Shown: positions 28,466 through 37,219 of the stretch, piece by piece
Numbering within the stretch: the stretch's first letter is position 1
How the letters are laid out: the number at the start of each line of letters is the position of its first letter
Origin: Gammaproteobacteria bacterium
GTDB lineage: Bacteria; Pseudomonadota; Gammaproteobacteria; QZLD01
Assembly (NCBI GenBank): GCA_004796385.1
Contig: QZLD01000142.1
Location: 1-42,002, forward strand
DNA: 42,002 nucleotides
Direction of reading: 5' to 3'
Position numbers and translations under genes: made by a program
The notes under the pieces: generated by a model
Seen by the model: only the letters and a program-made list of their open reading frames with translations
What the model was told of the DNA's origin: nothing
Database searches by the model: none

Positions 28466-30559
28466 TTATAAAGTTTCTGAAGCAGAAAAAACATCTGCCG
28501 GCTCCTGCATAAAATAGCCCTGAATATAATCGACACCGCAACGATAAAGTGCGGCAAGACTACTGGCATCTTGCACCAACGAAGCTATTGTCATGGCATG
28601 ATTTTCACTTGCTTCTCTGGCTATAGCTTCTATTCTTTGCTGATTTTCCTCATTGCTATTTATATCCACAACAAGAGAACCATCAATTTTTACATAGTCT
28701 ACAGGCAATTTTTTTATGATGTGAAGGGAATCTCTATCTTTTCCATAATGCTCTACCGCAATTTGGCATCCTAGTTTTTTCAGGCCGCTTGTCAACTCCC
28801 AGGCATCCTGTAGCCTTAATGATGCAGATGACTGAGTAATCTGAAATACAAATCTATTTCCTTCAAGACCAGATTCAAATATACGTTGCTCAATAAAAAA
28901 GATAAGATCCCTGTCTTCTATACTGCTCGGAAACAGTTTTATAAATAAAATAGGCTTATGCCCTAATGAGTTATTTTCTGAAATCACATGTATAGCATGA
29001 TCTATTACCCAACGATCAATTTTACTACTGACATTTGAGTGCTCAGCAACAGGTAAAAATTCCTGAGGTAAAATATCTGCTCCTGTCTCATCCTGCATTC
29101 TTAAAAAAACCTCATAGAAGGATTCCGGATGACCACTTAGGTTGGCAATAGGTTGATAAACCAATCTAAAGCGATCCTCCATAAGAGCGGATTTTATCGC
29201 CTCAGTCCACTTTTCAATTATTTCCCGAGAAAGTTTTACAGTTTCTTCTCTATTGGATTCACTCTCTTTGTTGGCTTCATTAATTGCACATGACTCTTCT
29301 GCTCTTTTGACAGCACCAAGAGCATCAGACACTTTGCTACCAAGCAAAGTAACCCCCACGCTGTATTTGGCAGTCAGTTTTGTACCTTGATCTAAATATT
29401 CTACTTTTTCAATTGCTTGTCTTATTGACTCCACATACGAATCAAGAACTCTTTCGTCGTCACTATAATAAAGAATGACAAAAACATGGTTATCTATATA
29501 TGCAGGAACATGCGGCGGAGAAACTTTACTTCTGAGAATATTTCCTACAGTTATATCAAATATTCTGGTAACTGCTGATTTATCTGAATTTTCCATCTCT
29601 TCAAGATGAATATATACCACTGCTCCTGATGCGCTTCCTGCCTGATTATGAGATATCGCCTGATTCAGCTTCTCAAAAAAATACTCTTTATTATACAAAC
29701 CTGTAACGGCATCTCTTTTTGAAAGATACCTGAACTCCCGCTTAAGATTATCTGCTCGCTTAATCTTACTTTTACATATAGCTGCAAGATCACTCGATGG
29801 AATAGGCAAACCTATCAGAGTATCTATTCCTGATGAAATTGCCTGTTGATCAAATATTCTTTTATCCCGTTTGGTTATTACTGCTATAGGTAACCCAAAA
29901 AACTGATCGTCCTGCCGTAATACCTGAACCAGATCAACAGCACTGATAGTTGGCATATCTCCATTTATTATCAACATATCCGGCTTAAACAGATCTATAC
30001 TGGAAAGAATTTCTGCTGAATTCTCAACAACTCCCGCCTGAAGCCCAAGACTATCCAGCTGTGAAACCGTTTGCCTTGGCAACTCGGAGCCATCGCTTAA
30101 TAGCATAACCCTATCCACCTCTTTTTTGTTGTGATCACAATGCAGGTTGAGCTGATTCAGCATAGCCATGATATTTACCGGCTTAAAAAGAAATGAATCT
30201 GCCCCCTCTCTAACAGCATTTAATCTACTGGAAAGAGAACCATTTTCACCTATTAGCAAAGTAAAAATCTTATGATCACTAAATCCCTGAGCCGCACTAA
30301 TTACCGCAGAAAAGCTTTTTTCTTTAAAAATCTTCAGTTCTGCAACAACAACCTGAGGACTATATGATTTACAAACGTTCTCAAAAACCCCAATACTATT
30401 CATTACTCTGGCCTTATAACCATAGTTCCTGGCCTGAGAAGCAAGCTCCTGTGCAATATTGTTATTTTCAAAAAGAAAGTAGATCTGTGATTCGCTATTA
30501 TTCTCGACGTTGTTCCAAACCATAATCATCCTTAATATTCGGATTGAATAAACACGCAA
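28466..30559 (-). CDS. FimX-like REC/GGDEF/EAL protein with degenerate catalytic motifs
   Basis: Two receiver-like regions, D.VTGLYN GGDEF entry without a GG(D/E)EF motif, EAL domain YQPI...FYEVFLRM, VEHYG, VDYVKIDGS, GVDYIQGY. The exact start is uncertain. Confidence 0.85.
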   Translation of the reverse strand: MRVYSIRILRMIMVWNNVENNSESQIYFLFENNNIAQELASQARNYGYKARVMNSIGVFENVCKSYSPQVVVAELKIFKEKSFSAVISAAQGFSDHKIFTLLIGENGSLSSRLNAVREGADSFLFKPVNIMAMLNQLNLHCDHNKKEVDRVMLLSDGSELPRQTVSQLDSLGLQAGVVENSAEILSSIDLFKPDMLIINGDMPTISAVDLVQVLRQDDQFFGLPIAVITKRDKRIFDQQAISSGIDTLIGLPIPSSDLAAICKSKIKRADNLKREFRYLSKRDAVTGLYNKEYFFEKLNQAISHNQAGSASGAVVYIHLEEMENSDKSAVTRIFDITVGNILRSKVSPPHVPAYIDNHVFVILYYSDDERVLDSYVESIRQAIEKVEYLDQGTKLTAKYSVGVTLLGSKVSDALGAVKRAEESCAINEANKESESNREETVKLSREIIEKWTEAIKSALMEDRFRLVYQPIANLSGHPESFYEVFLRMQDETGADILPQEFLPVAEHSNVSSKIDRWVIDHAIHVISENNSLGHKPILFIKLFPSSIEDRDLIFFIEQRIFESGLEGNRFVFQITQSSASLRLQDAWELTSGLKKLGCQIAVEHYGKDRDSLHIIKKLPVDYVKIDGSLVVDINSNEENQQRIEAIAREASENHAMTIASLVQDASSLAALYRCGVDYIQGYFMQEPADVFSASETL

Positions 30560-30674
30560 CTCTCTTATTTAAGATTAGGCAGCAACAACCTGATTTTCCA
30601 GTATATTAAGCAAAATAAGACGTCTATTTTAGAATAATTATCAATTTCTTCTTATTTGGCACCTTACAGACACT

Positions 30675-31691
30675 CTAACTAAGAATCTCTCTTAGCACCG
30701 TCGTAGCATAAGAACCACTTGGCAAATCAAATTTTACTTCGACACCATCATCATCTTCTTTACACTGAACATTTTGCGGAACAACCTTTAATTTACGCCG
30801 ACTTAGTTCAACTCCAAACGCTATTAATCCTTCTGAAATCCATCTATTTTCATCTATAACCCGCATCTCAATTGAACTAAGAGAAAGAGAAGTCTTTTTA
30901 TATTTTCCAAATAGAACTGCAGTAGGAGATATTTCATTTCTATCAATCCTTAACTGTAAATTCTCTTCAGAATTTGCTGAAAAGATTGAAGAACCATTGC
31001 TGAACATAAAAACATCATCAGGCAAAGCCTTATTCCAGCTGTTTTCGCTAACCCGTTGAGAAAGAACTTCATTAAATAAAAAAGATCTTGCGGTTGAAAG
31101 CAGTATTCCTCGCTGAGTTTTGCTCACCTTTGTTTTTCTGGCAAAAAAATCACTAAGTTTCATAATGTTTCTGCCTTCCCTACCAAAACGCTGCTCACCA
31201 AAATAATTTGGAACACCCTGCACTGCAATATATTTCATACTGTCTTCAATATCCTCCAATCTCACTCCTCTGATATAAATTATGAATTTATTCTTTTTTA
31301 TTGTTCCTTTTTTAAGTTTCTTTCTATTTTTTGTAATATTTAATAAATTTATATTTTCGTTTTCCAGAAGATACCAGTTAAATTCTTTTTTTCCCGGCAA
31401 CCTCACACTAAACCACTGAGTGGTTACAGCATTTTTATCTTTTAAACCGGCATAACCTATATCCATTCTGGGGACACCGCAAAATTTTGAAAGTATCTTT
31501 ACAACCTCATCTGTATTTACTCCTGACTTTCTTATCTGCAAAAAAACATTCTCTCCCTCACCATCCGGCTCAAAAGAAAGAATCTCATCAACCTGAAAAT
31601 CATGTATACGCTGTTTTATAAGCCCTCCGGACAGTTTGAAAGAGTAGGCTCGTGCAAGGTTAGCAAACCAGTTTGAATAATCGTTTATCAA
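30675..31691 (-). CDS. truD: tRNA pseudouridine(13) synthase TruD
   Basis: DFQVDE, GYAGLKDKNAVTTQWFS (catalytic Asp), GVPNYFGEQRFG, ARSFLFN, F.LPSGSYAT.VLRE. Confidence 0.95.
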   Translation of the reverse strand: MINDYSNWFANLARAYSFKLSGGLIKQRIHDFQVDEILSFEPDGEGENVFLQIRKSGVNTDEVVKILSKFCGVPRMDIGYAGLKDKNAVTTQWFSVRLPGKKEFNWYLLENENINLLNITKNRKKLKKGTIKKNKFIIYIRGVRLEDIEDSMKYIAVQGVPNYFGEQRFGREGRNIMKLSDFFARKTKVSKTQRGILLSTARSFLFNEVLSQRVSENSWNKALPDDVFMFSNGSSIFSANSEENLQLRIDRNEISPTAVLFGKYKKTSLSLSSIEMRVIDENRWISEGLIAFGVELSRRKLKVVPQNVQCKEDDDGVEVKFDLPSGSYATTVLREILS

Positions 31692-31785
31692 AAAACACCT
31701 CTGGATAGTTCTGAGAAAATATAAAAACGCTGCTATACTAACAGATATTCTTTACTTATATCACAAACAATAATTGTAAAGGTTA

Positions 31786-32610
31786 ATGATGTTTTTTACT
31801 CATAATGAAATGCTTGGCTCTATCGTTGGATACATCTCTTTTGGCCCATTTGGAGCCATGTATGGCAAAGTGATAGGCAAATCAATAGACAATTTTTTCA
31901 ACTCCAGCCAAACACTACCAAGATATCTATCTAAAGAAGTTAAAAATTGTCGTCGAAACCAAGCATCTAACATAAATATTAATGCTGCATTCTTTGATTC
32001 TCTGTTTTCAGTAATGGGGTTAATTCTTAAATCATGCCTTTTGAGCAGAAAAAACGAACTGCGTCAATTGCAATTAATTATGGATCATATGAAGTTAAGC
32101 AGCGAATTAAGGCTTGACGCCATAAACCAATTCTATAATGGTCAAAGCAGTTCTTTTGTTATGAACAGTTCGCTAATTGAACTAATTAAAATTTGCGGTC
32201 GACGAACTAATCCGATAAAAATTTTTGTTGAAATTCTCTTACAATCCGTATACAAAGACGGGAAATATGTAAATCAGGGAATAAATAAGATTAAGGAAAT
32301 ATCTGCTTTTTTAAACATATCTACAGATGAATTTGAACAGACAAAATCGTTGGTAGCCAGCTATAACGAACATCTTGCAAAAAATAAAAACAGCTATAAA
32401 TATGAGCTGGAAAACGCATACAATATTCTCGGCTTAGAAAAAGGAACTAATAAATCTGAGCTTAGAAAAAAATATAAACAACTTATGAATCAACACCATC
32501 CGGATAAACTTACAGCAAAAGGGTTTCCCAAAGAATTCGGTGTTATAGCTACAGAAAAAACTCAGGAAATAAAAAACGCATATGACCTCATCAATAAAAA
32601 TCTCCGTTAA
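31786..32610 (+). CDS. djlA: Co-chaperone DjlA (TerB-like + J domain), divergent
   Basis: N-terminal Gly-rich membrane segment, FFDSLFSVMG, C-terminal J domain AYNILG...KYKQLMNQHHPDKL..KG.P...ATEKTQEI..AY. Confidence 0.85.
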   Translation: MMFFTHNEMLGSIVGYISFGPFGAMYGKVIGKSIDNFFNSSQTLPRYLSKEVKNCRRNQASNININAAFFDSLFSVMGLILKSCLLSRKNELRQLQLIMDHMKLSSELRLDAINQFYNGQSSSFVMNSSLIELIKICGRRTNPIKIFVEILLQSVYKDGKYVNQGINKIKEISAFLNISTDEFEQTKSLVASYNEHLAKNKNSYKYELENAYNILGLEKGTNKSELRKKYKQLMNQHHPDKLTAKGFPKEFGVIATEKTQEIKNAYDLINKNLR

Positions 32611-33553
32611 TATCAATACAGTTAAAATCATCTCCGTTTTAATACTATCTTTTTTTATTGCATCCTGTGGTAATTCCAATGTAAGGCCGGAATCACCTAA
32701 ATGGAAGAACATTTCTGCAGGAGGCTTCTCAAAGGTTTTTCTTTATGTCCCTAAAAACATTTCGCCTATAGGTAAAGGACGATCTTTAATGATGGTTCTG
32801 CATGGCTGTGTCCAGGAAGCTGTAGACTTTAAACTAGCCAACCTGGATCTTGTTGCAGAAAAATACGGAATGGTTATAGCGTTGCCTCAGGCAGAATTTC
32901 AATCGCACCTTGGCTGCTGGGACTACAGAAGTTCAAACAGAGGTCGCAACGATGGAGACTATGAAAACCTCATAAATCTTGCTAAAAACCTAACTGCAAG
33001 AAAAAACCTGATTATTGACCCCGATCAAATATATATTGCTGGACTCTCCTCAGGCGCATCATTTGCAATGACTACCGCATGTATTGCTCCTGATATCTTT
33101 GCCGGTATGGGAGCCTTTGCCGGCCCTAGCCTTGGGACTCATGCAGATGGATCAGCAATGAGAATTGATAGCGATATGAATACTGCTGCAACAAATTGCA
33201 AACAATACGGCCATAGTTACAAAAAGTACTTTGCAGATCAGGTAGCCTCATTTGCTCAGGGGGAAAATGACTCAATAGTAAACCATGATTATCTGAAAAT
33301 TAACGCAGACGCTATGTCTGCTGTTTACAAAATAGCTTCATCTCCTCAAAAAACCAAGCAAATACAACCACAAATAACTGAATATCTTTATGAAAACGGC
33401 AGGGTATCAAGAATAACAATAAAGAGGTTTGGACATGAATGGCCTGCAGGATTAAATGCTGGTGGTGGTTTTATATCCGATATCAAATTCAACTATGGAA
33501 TGTATCTTGCAGAATATTTTATGATTAATAATAAAAGAGTTTTAAAAAATTAA
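32582..33553 (+). CDS. PHB depolymerase family esterase, catalytic domain only, predicted lipoprotein
   Basis: Lipobox FIASC; GRSLMMVLHGC (oxyanion region), GCWDY, IDPDQIYIAGLSSG (nucleophile Ser), ACIAPDIFAG, GEND (Asp), GHEWPAG (His). Confidence 0.88.
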   Translation: MTSSIKISVNINTVKIISVLILSFFIASCGNSNVRPESPKWKNISAGGFSKVFLYVPKNISPIGKGRSLMMVLHGCVQEAVDFKLANLDLVAEKYGMVIALPQAEFQSHLGCWDYRSSNRGRNDGDYENLINLAKNLTARKNLIIDPDQIYIAGLSSGASFAMTTACIAPDIFAGMGAFAGPSLGTHADGSAMRIDSDMNTAATNCKQYGHSYKKYFADQVASFAQGENDSIVNHDYLKINADAMSAVYKIASSPQKTKQIQPQITEYLYENGRVSRITIKRFGHEWPAGLNAGGGFISDIKFNYGMYLAEYFMINNKRVLKN

Positions 33554-33575
33554 TTTGCATTTATTACTTCCATAT

Positions 33576-33613
33576 AAAAAGTCCCCCTCGGACTGCTACT
33601 TTCCAGAGGGGGA
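33576..33613 (-). terminator. Intrinsic terminator for the Gly-Pro repeat gene
   Basis: Stem tccccctc/gaggggga, extendable by gga/tcc, with a U-tract on the minus strand (aaaaa at 33576-33580). Confidence 0.65.
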
Positions 33614-33705
33614 AATTGGGGGAGAATGTTACGTTTATCTTCTTACTACTTACGTTTATTGTCACTTTTATACAAACCATCCTTGGCATTCATCCTTTAT
33701 ATCTC

Positions 33706-34734
33706 TTACTGCATACTAACCTGATGATCACCTGCAATATCAGTAGAATTAATATATTGAGTTGATCCGGTTACTATTACTCTGTAGTCCTTAGAAGCAT
33801 AGTGCCATGAACCACTCAATTCTACTTCTACAGTAAGCTCTGTACCTGCTTCCACATTTTCAATCTGAATCCAGTCGATATACTCAAAAGTATTTGACTC
33901 AGCAATTACATTTCCATTGGCATCTTTTACTACAATATCAAAATCATCCAGTTGGTATTCAGGTACAAGTACGATAGTTACATACTGATCTTCACCAGAA
34001 GTAAAAGTGTATGAATCAGTTTCCCAATATGGCCATGCAATATATCCTTCAACCATGAAAGATGTATCATTATCTGCTTTCGATTTAGCATAATCTTCAT
34101 CGTAATTTTCAAATAGCTCGTAATCTCTTTCACCACCTTCATAGTCAACAGTTACAGTTCTTACCTCTTCTCCATTTTCAATGTATGCGCCATCGTAATC
34201 AGTGGCATAGCCATGTGCTCCTACCGGCCCCAGAGGACCTAAAGGACCTAACGCTCCAAGGGGACCCACCGGACCTAGTACAGACCATACCCCACCTGCC
34301 TGAAGCTGCTTACCGAAATCATTGATTGCTGGCAAATCAACATTATATGCCTGATAGCTTAAAGGACCATTTGGTCCTAATGGACCTGACTCACTTAGCG
34401 GGCCATCATGATCAGTCATATCATCAGACCAATCACTCCAATCACCAATTGCGCTCATCCAATATGATACATTCCAACTGTTATTTCCAACCGGACCAAG
34501 AGCACCCAAAGGTCCGTAAGGTCCAATTGGCCCCAGATACCCAAGACAGCTCTGCTCATCAAGATAGATCTCTGCATTTGACGGAGTACTTACTGCTGGT
34601 GTTACACTGACAAGACTTTGATTCATATCTTCAACTGATGAAGCTGAAATATAAAAATCACTTGCAGTAGCAGTTAATGATACAGATATAGCCAATGCTG
34701 CAGTAGATACGATTTTGGTAAAGTTTGCTTTCAT
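33706..34734 (-). CDS. Secreted protein with three short Gly-Pro-X repeat blocks and an acidic beta-rich (PPC-like) C-terminal domain
   Basis: Signal peptide MKANFTKIVSTAALAISVSLTATA; GYLGPIGPYGPLGALGPVG, GPLSESGPLGPNGPL, GPVGPLGALGPLGPLGPVGAHG; C-terminal DSYTF...DDFDIVVKDANGNVIAES. Confidence 0.8.
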   Translation of the reverse strand: MKANFTKIVSTAALAISVSLTATASDFYISASSVEDMNQSLVSVTPAVSTPSNAEIYLDEQSCLGYLGPIGPYGPLGALGPVGNNSWNVSYWMSAIGDWSDWSDDMTDHDGPLSESGPLGPNGPLSYQAYNVDLPAINDFGKQLQAGGVWSVLGPVGPLGALGPLGPLGPVGAHGYATDYDGAYIENGEEVRTVTVDYEGGERDYELFENYDEDYAKSKADNDTSFMVEGYIAWPYWETDSYTFTSGEDQYVTIVLVPEYQLDDFDIVVKDANGNVIAESNTFEYIDWIQIENVEAGTELTVEVELSGSWHYASKDYRVIVTGSTQYINSTDIAGDHQVSMQ

Positions 34735-35187
34735 TAAATAATCCTCAAATAATTAACATTAAAAATATAAGTAAATAAATAATTGCTTAACAACGAGATC
34801 TATACTAATAAACTCTTCTTCATATGTAAATAATTACATATTAAATTTGTGACACAGTCGACATATATTAGAGCACTCTAAAATACATGCAATGCAATTC
34901 ATTTATGAATACATGGTCACTCAACCCAGATAAAATCAGGTTTATCAGTCTATTACCTAAATATTGAATAATTTTTTTCTTGCATCACACATAAAAACAT
35001 GGATAATCCGCATCAGCAGTTGCACCATTGATGTGCTCTGCTTATTAAAATGGACTTTTATTAAGGGAATTTCCCATACAAGGATCACCATAACTTGTGG
35101 TGAACTATTAATTAAGAAATATCGCTAAAGCCAGTTTTCTTAATTGTTTAACTTAACTTTACCAATAACACAATCGGGAGTCTTACC

Positions 35188-36003
35188 ATGAAAGCTAAAT
35201 TAATTTTTGCTATATGCGCTCTATTTTTATCGTCTGCAGCCCTTGCTGCCAAACCAGTTGTAACACCTGGCCAAACTATTGTTAACGGCAATACAGTAAC
35301 CTTATCCGGAACTGTTTATGACATGGATGGTGACATAGCTGGTGTTAGTGATCTTTTTGGAATGATGCCTTGCGAGCTAAACAATTACGGCTATGTTGCA
35401 ACTTACACCTGCAGCCCGGAAGTAACTTTTGAGCCTGGTTATCACGAAATCACAATGATTGCTGTTGATGCTGCTGGAAACTACAGTGATCCGGCCTATG
35501 CTGGATTTACTATTGAAGAACAAGAATCTGTTGCTCCTGTTCTAAGTGCGGTAGTTGCTAACACTACTGATGCAGAAAATGTAACTATTACAGGCGCTGT
35601 TAATGATACTGACGGTGACATTGATTCAGTTAAAGTTGTTTTCGGCGGAATCGCTGCAGACATTGCTTGTGATTACGAAGGAACTGATTTTGCAGGTACT
35701 TTTACTTGTGAACTTGGAGCACTTGAAGCTGGTGATTACGCTGTAAATATTGTTGCTGAAGATGCAGCAGAAAACACTGCAACTGAAGTAGTAGAATTCT
35801 CAATCGGCACTTTCAATGAGTGTGTTACTGCCACAAATCAAGAGCACGTTATGAATGGCCGCGCTTACACTTCGGGTTACTGGTTCTCAGTTGCTTATAA
35901 AGCAATTGGCTCAGAAGATAACCTTGGAGCATATGGTTTCACCACGACATCACTACAACAGACTGGCGAAAACAGCTGGACTAAAGTAGATAGTTGCGAG
36001 TAA
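35188..36003 (+). CDS. Secreted non-catalytic protein: two Ig/cadherin-like repeats plus PHB-depolymerase-type substrate-binding-like domain
   Basis: Signal peptide (ALA); repeats VTLSGTVYDMDGDI...YHEITMIAVDAAGN and VTITGAVNDTDGDI...YAVNIVAEDAAEN; terminal CVTATNQEHVMNGRAY...Y.AIGS.DNLG...TTTSL...W...C; RBS GGGAG. Confidence 0.72.
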   Translation: MKAKLIFAICALFLSSAALAAKPVVTPGQTIVNGNTVTLSGTVYDMDGDIAGVSDLFGMMPCELNNYGYVATYTCSPEVTFEPGYHEITMIAVDAAGNYSDPAYAGFTIEEQESVAPVLSAVVANTTDAENVTITGAVNDTDGDIDSVKVVFGGIAADIACDYEGTDFAGTFTCELGALEAGDYAVNIVAEDAAENTATEVVEFSIGTFNECVTATNQEHVMNGRAYTSGYWFSVAYKAIGSEDNLGAYGFTTTSLQQTGENSWTKVDSCE

Positions 36004-36025
36004 TTCTTTACTTTAAGGTATAAAC

Positions 36026-36058
36026 AAAAAGAGGCAGTCAATAGACTGCCTCTTTTTT
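36026..36058. terminator. Intrinsic terminator
   Basis: aaaaagaggcagtc-aata-gactgcctctttttt perfect hairpin just after the stop at 36003. Confidence 0.9.
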
Positions 36059-36133
36059 CTATTATCATTATTTATAACCTTCATCTTTTCTGATAAATTG
36101 TCCATTCTTTTACTTTCACTAATAAGGTATAAA

Positions 36134-37192
36134 ATGAGCAACATAGATAATTCTGAAGGCAAACCAATCGACATCTCCCACAACATTCCCGACTTTCTTG
36201 TACCACCTGCAAAGCCTGAGCAACTTACCAGCGATGAAGTTGACTTTTATTTCAACAAAATAAAAAAGCTTGTAAAAGAACAAAATGCTGTAATTGTATC
36301 GCACTTTTATACCCACCCTCTCTTACAACAACTTGCAGATGAAACTGATGGCTATGTTGCAGATTCTCTGGAAATGGCAAGATTAGGAAAAGAACATCCT
36401 GCTCAAACACTTATTGTTCTTGGTGTTAAATTTATGGGAGAAACTGCAAAAATACTAAGCCCTGAAAAAAAGGTAATCATGCCGGATCTTGCTGCATCAT
36501 GTTCTCTTGATTTGGGTTGTCCGCCGGATCTATTCTCTCAATTTTGCGATCAACACCCTGAGCGCACTGTTGTTGTATATGCAAATACCAGTGCCGCTGT
36601 AAAGGCCAAATCAGACTGGGTAGTAACATCAAGCATTGCCCTAGATATCGTGCAACACCTGCATAACAAAGGAGAAAAAATCCTCTGGGCTCCGGATAAA
36701 CATCTAGGCTCATATATAGAAAAAATGACTGGGGTAGATATGATCAAATGGCAAGGTTCATGCGTAGTTCACGAAGAATTCAAAGCTCAACAACTAAAAG
36801 AATTAATGAAAAAAAATCCGGATGCAAAGGTTCTGGTGCACCCCGAATCTCCTCTTGCCGTTATTGATCTGGCAAATAAAGTAGGTTCCACATCACAACT
36901 CCTGCAAGCAGTTAAAGACTTTGGAGCAAAAAAATATATCGTAGCCACTGAAAGCGGGATATTCTATCGTATGCAGCAAGCAATCGAAGAGGTGGAACTT
37001 ATTCCCGCCCCATCAACAATTGAAGATGGCTTTAAGCGCCCTGCCCACGCACTCTGCCCATGGATGGCAATGAACGGTCTGAAAAATCTATGTGAGATTC
37101 TTGAAAACGGTGGCAATGAAATTGAGGTTCCAGAAAATATCAGACAAAAAGCATTTACCCCTATTCAGAGAATGCTCGACTTCAAAAAATAA
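36134..37192 (+). CDS. nadA: Quinolinate synthase
   Basis: [75 protein letters not shown] at 36134 preferred. Confidence 0.95.
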   Translation: MSNIDNSEGKPIDISHNIPDFLVPPAKPEQLTSDEVDFYFNKIKKLVKEQNAVIVSHFYTHPLLQQLADETDGYVADSLEMARLGKEHPAQTLIVLGVKFMGETAKILSPEKKVIMPDLAASCSLDLGCPPDLFSQFCDQHPERTVVVYANTSAAVKAKSDWVVTSSIALDIVQHLHNKGEKILWAPDKHLGSYIEKMTGVDMIKWQGSCVVHEEFKAQQLKELMKKNPDAKVLVHPESPLAVIDLANKVGSTSQLLQAVKDFGAKKYIVATESGIFYRMQQAIEEVELIPAPSTIEDGFKRPAHALCPWMAMNGLKNLCEILENGGNEIEVPENIRQKAFTPIQRMLDFKK

Positions 37193-37219
37193 TCTCCAAA
37201 TCATAAACAAGGAAAAAAT

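Noticed and set aside
34220-34545. Repetitive ggacc/ggtcc DNA as a possible CRISPR or tandem array
   Set aside because: Explained by Gly-Pro codons in the coding sequence; there is no constant repeat-spacer structure.
35010-35187. c-di-GMP riboswitch in the structured leader
   Set aside because: The conserved class I and class II core motifs are not visible, so it is kept only as an unassigned structured leader.
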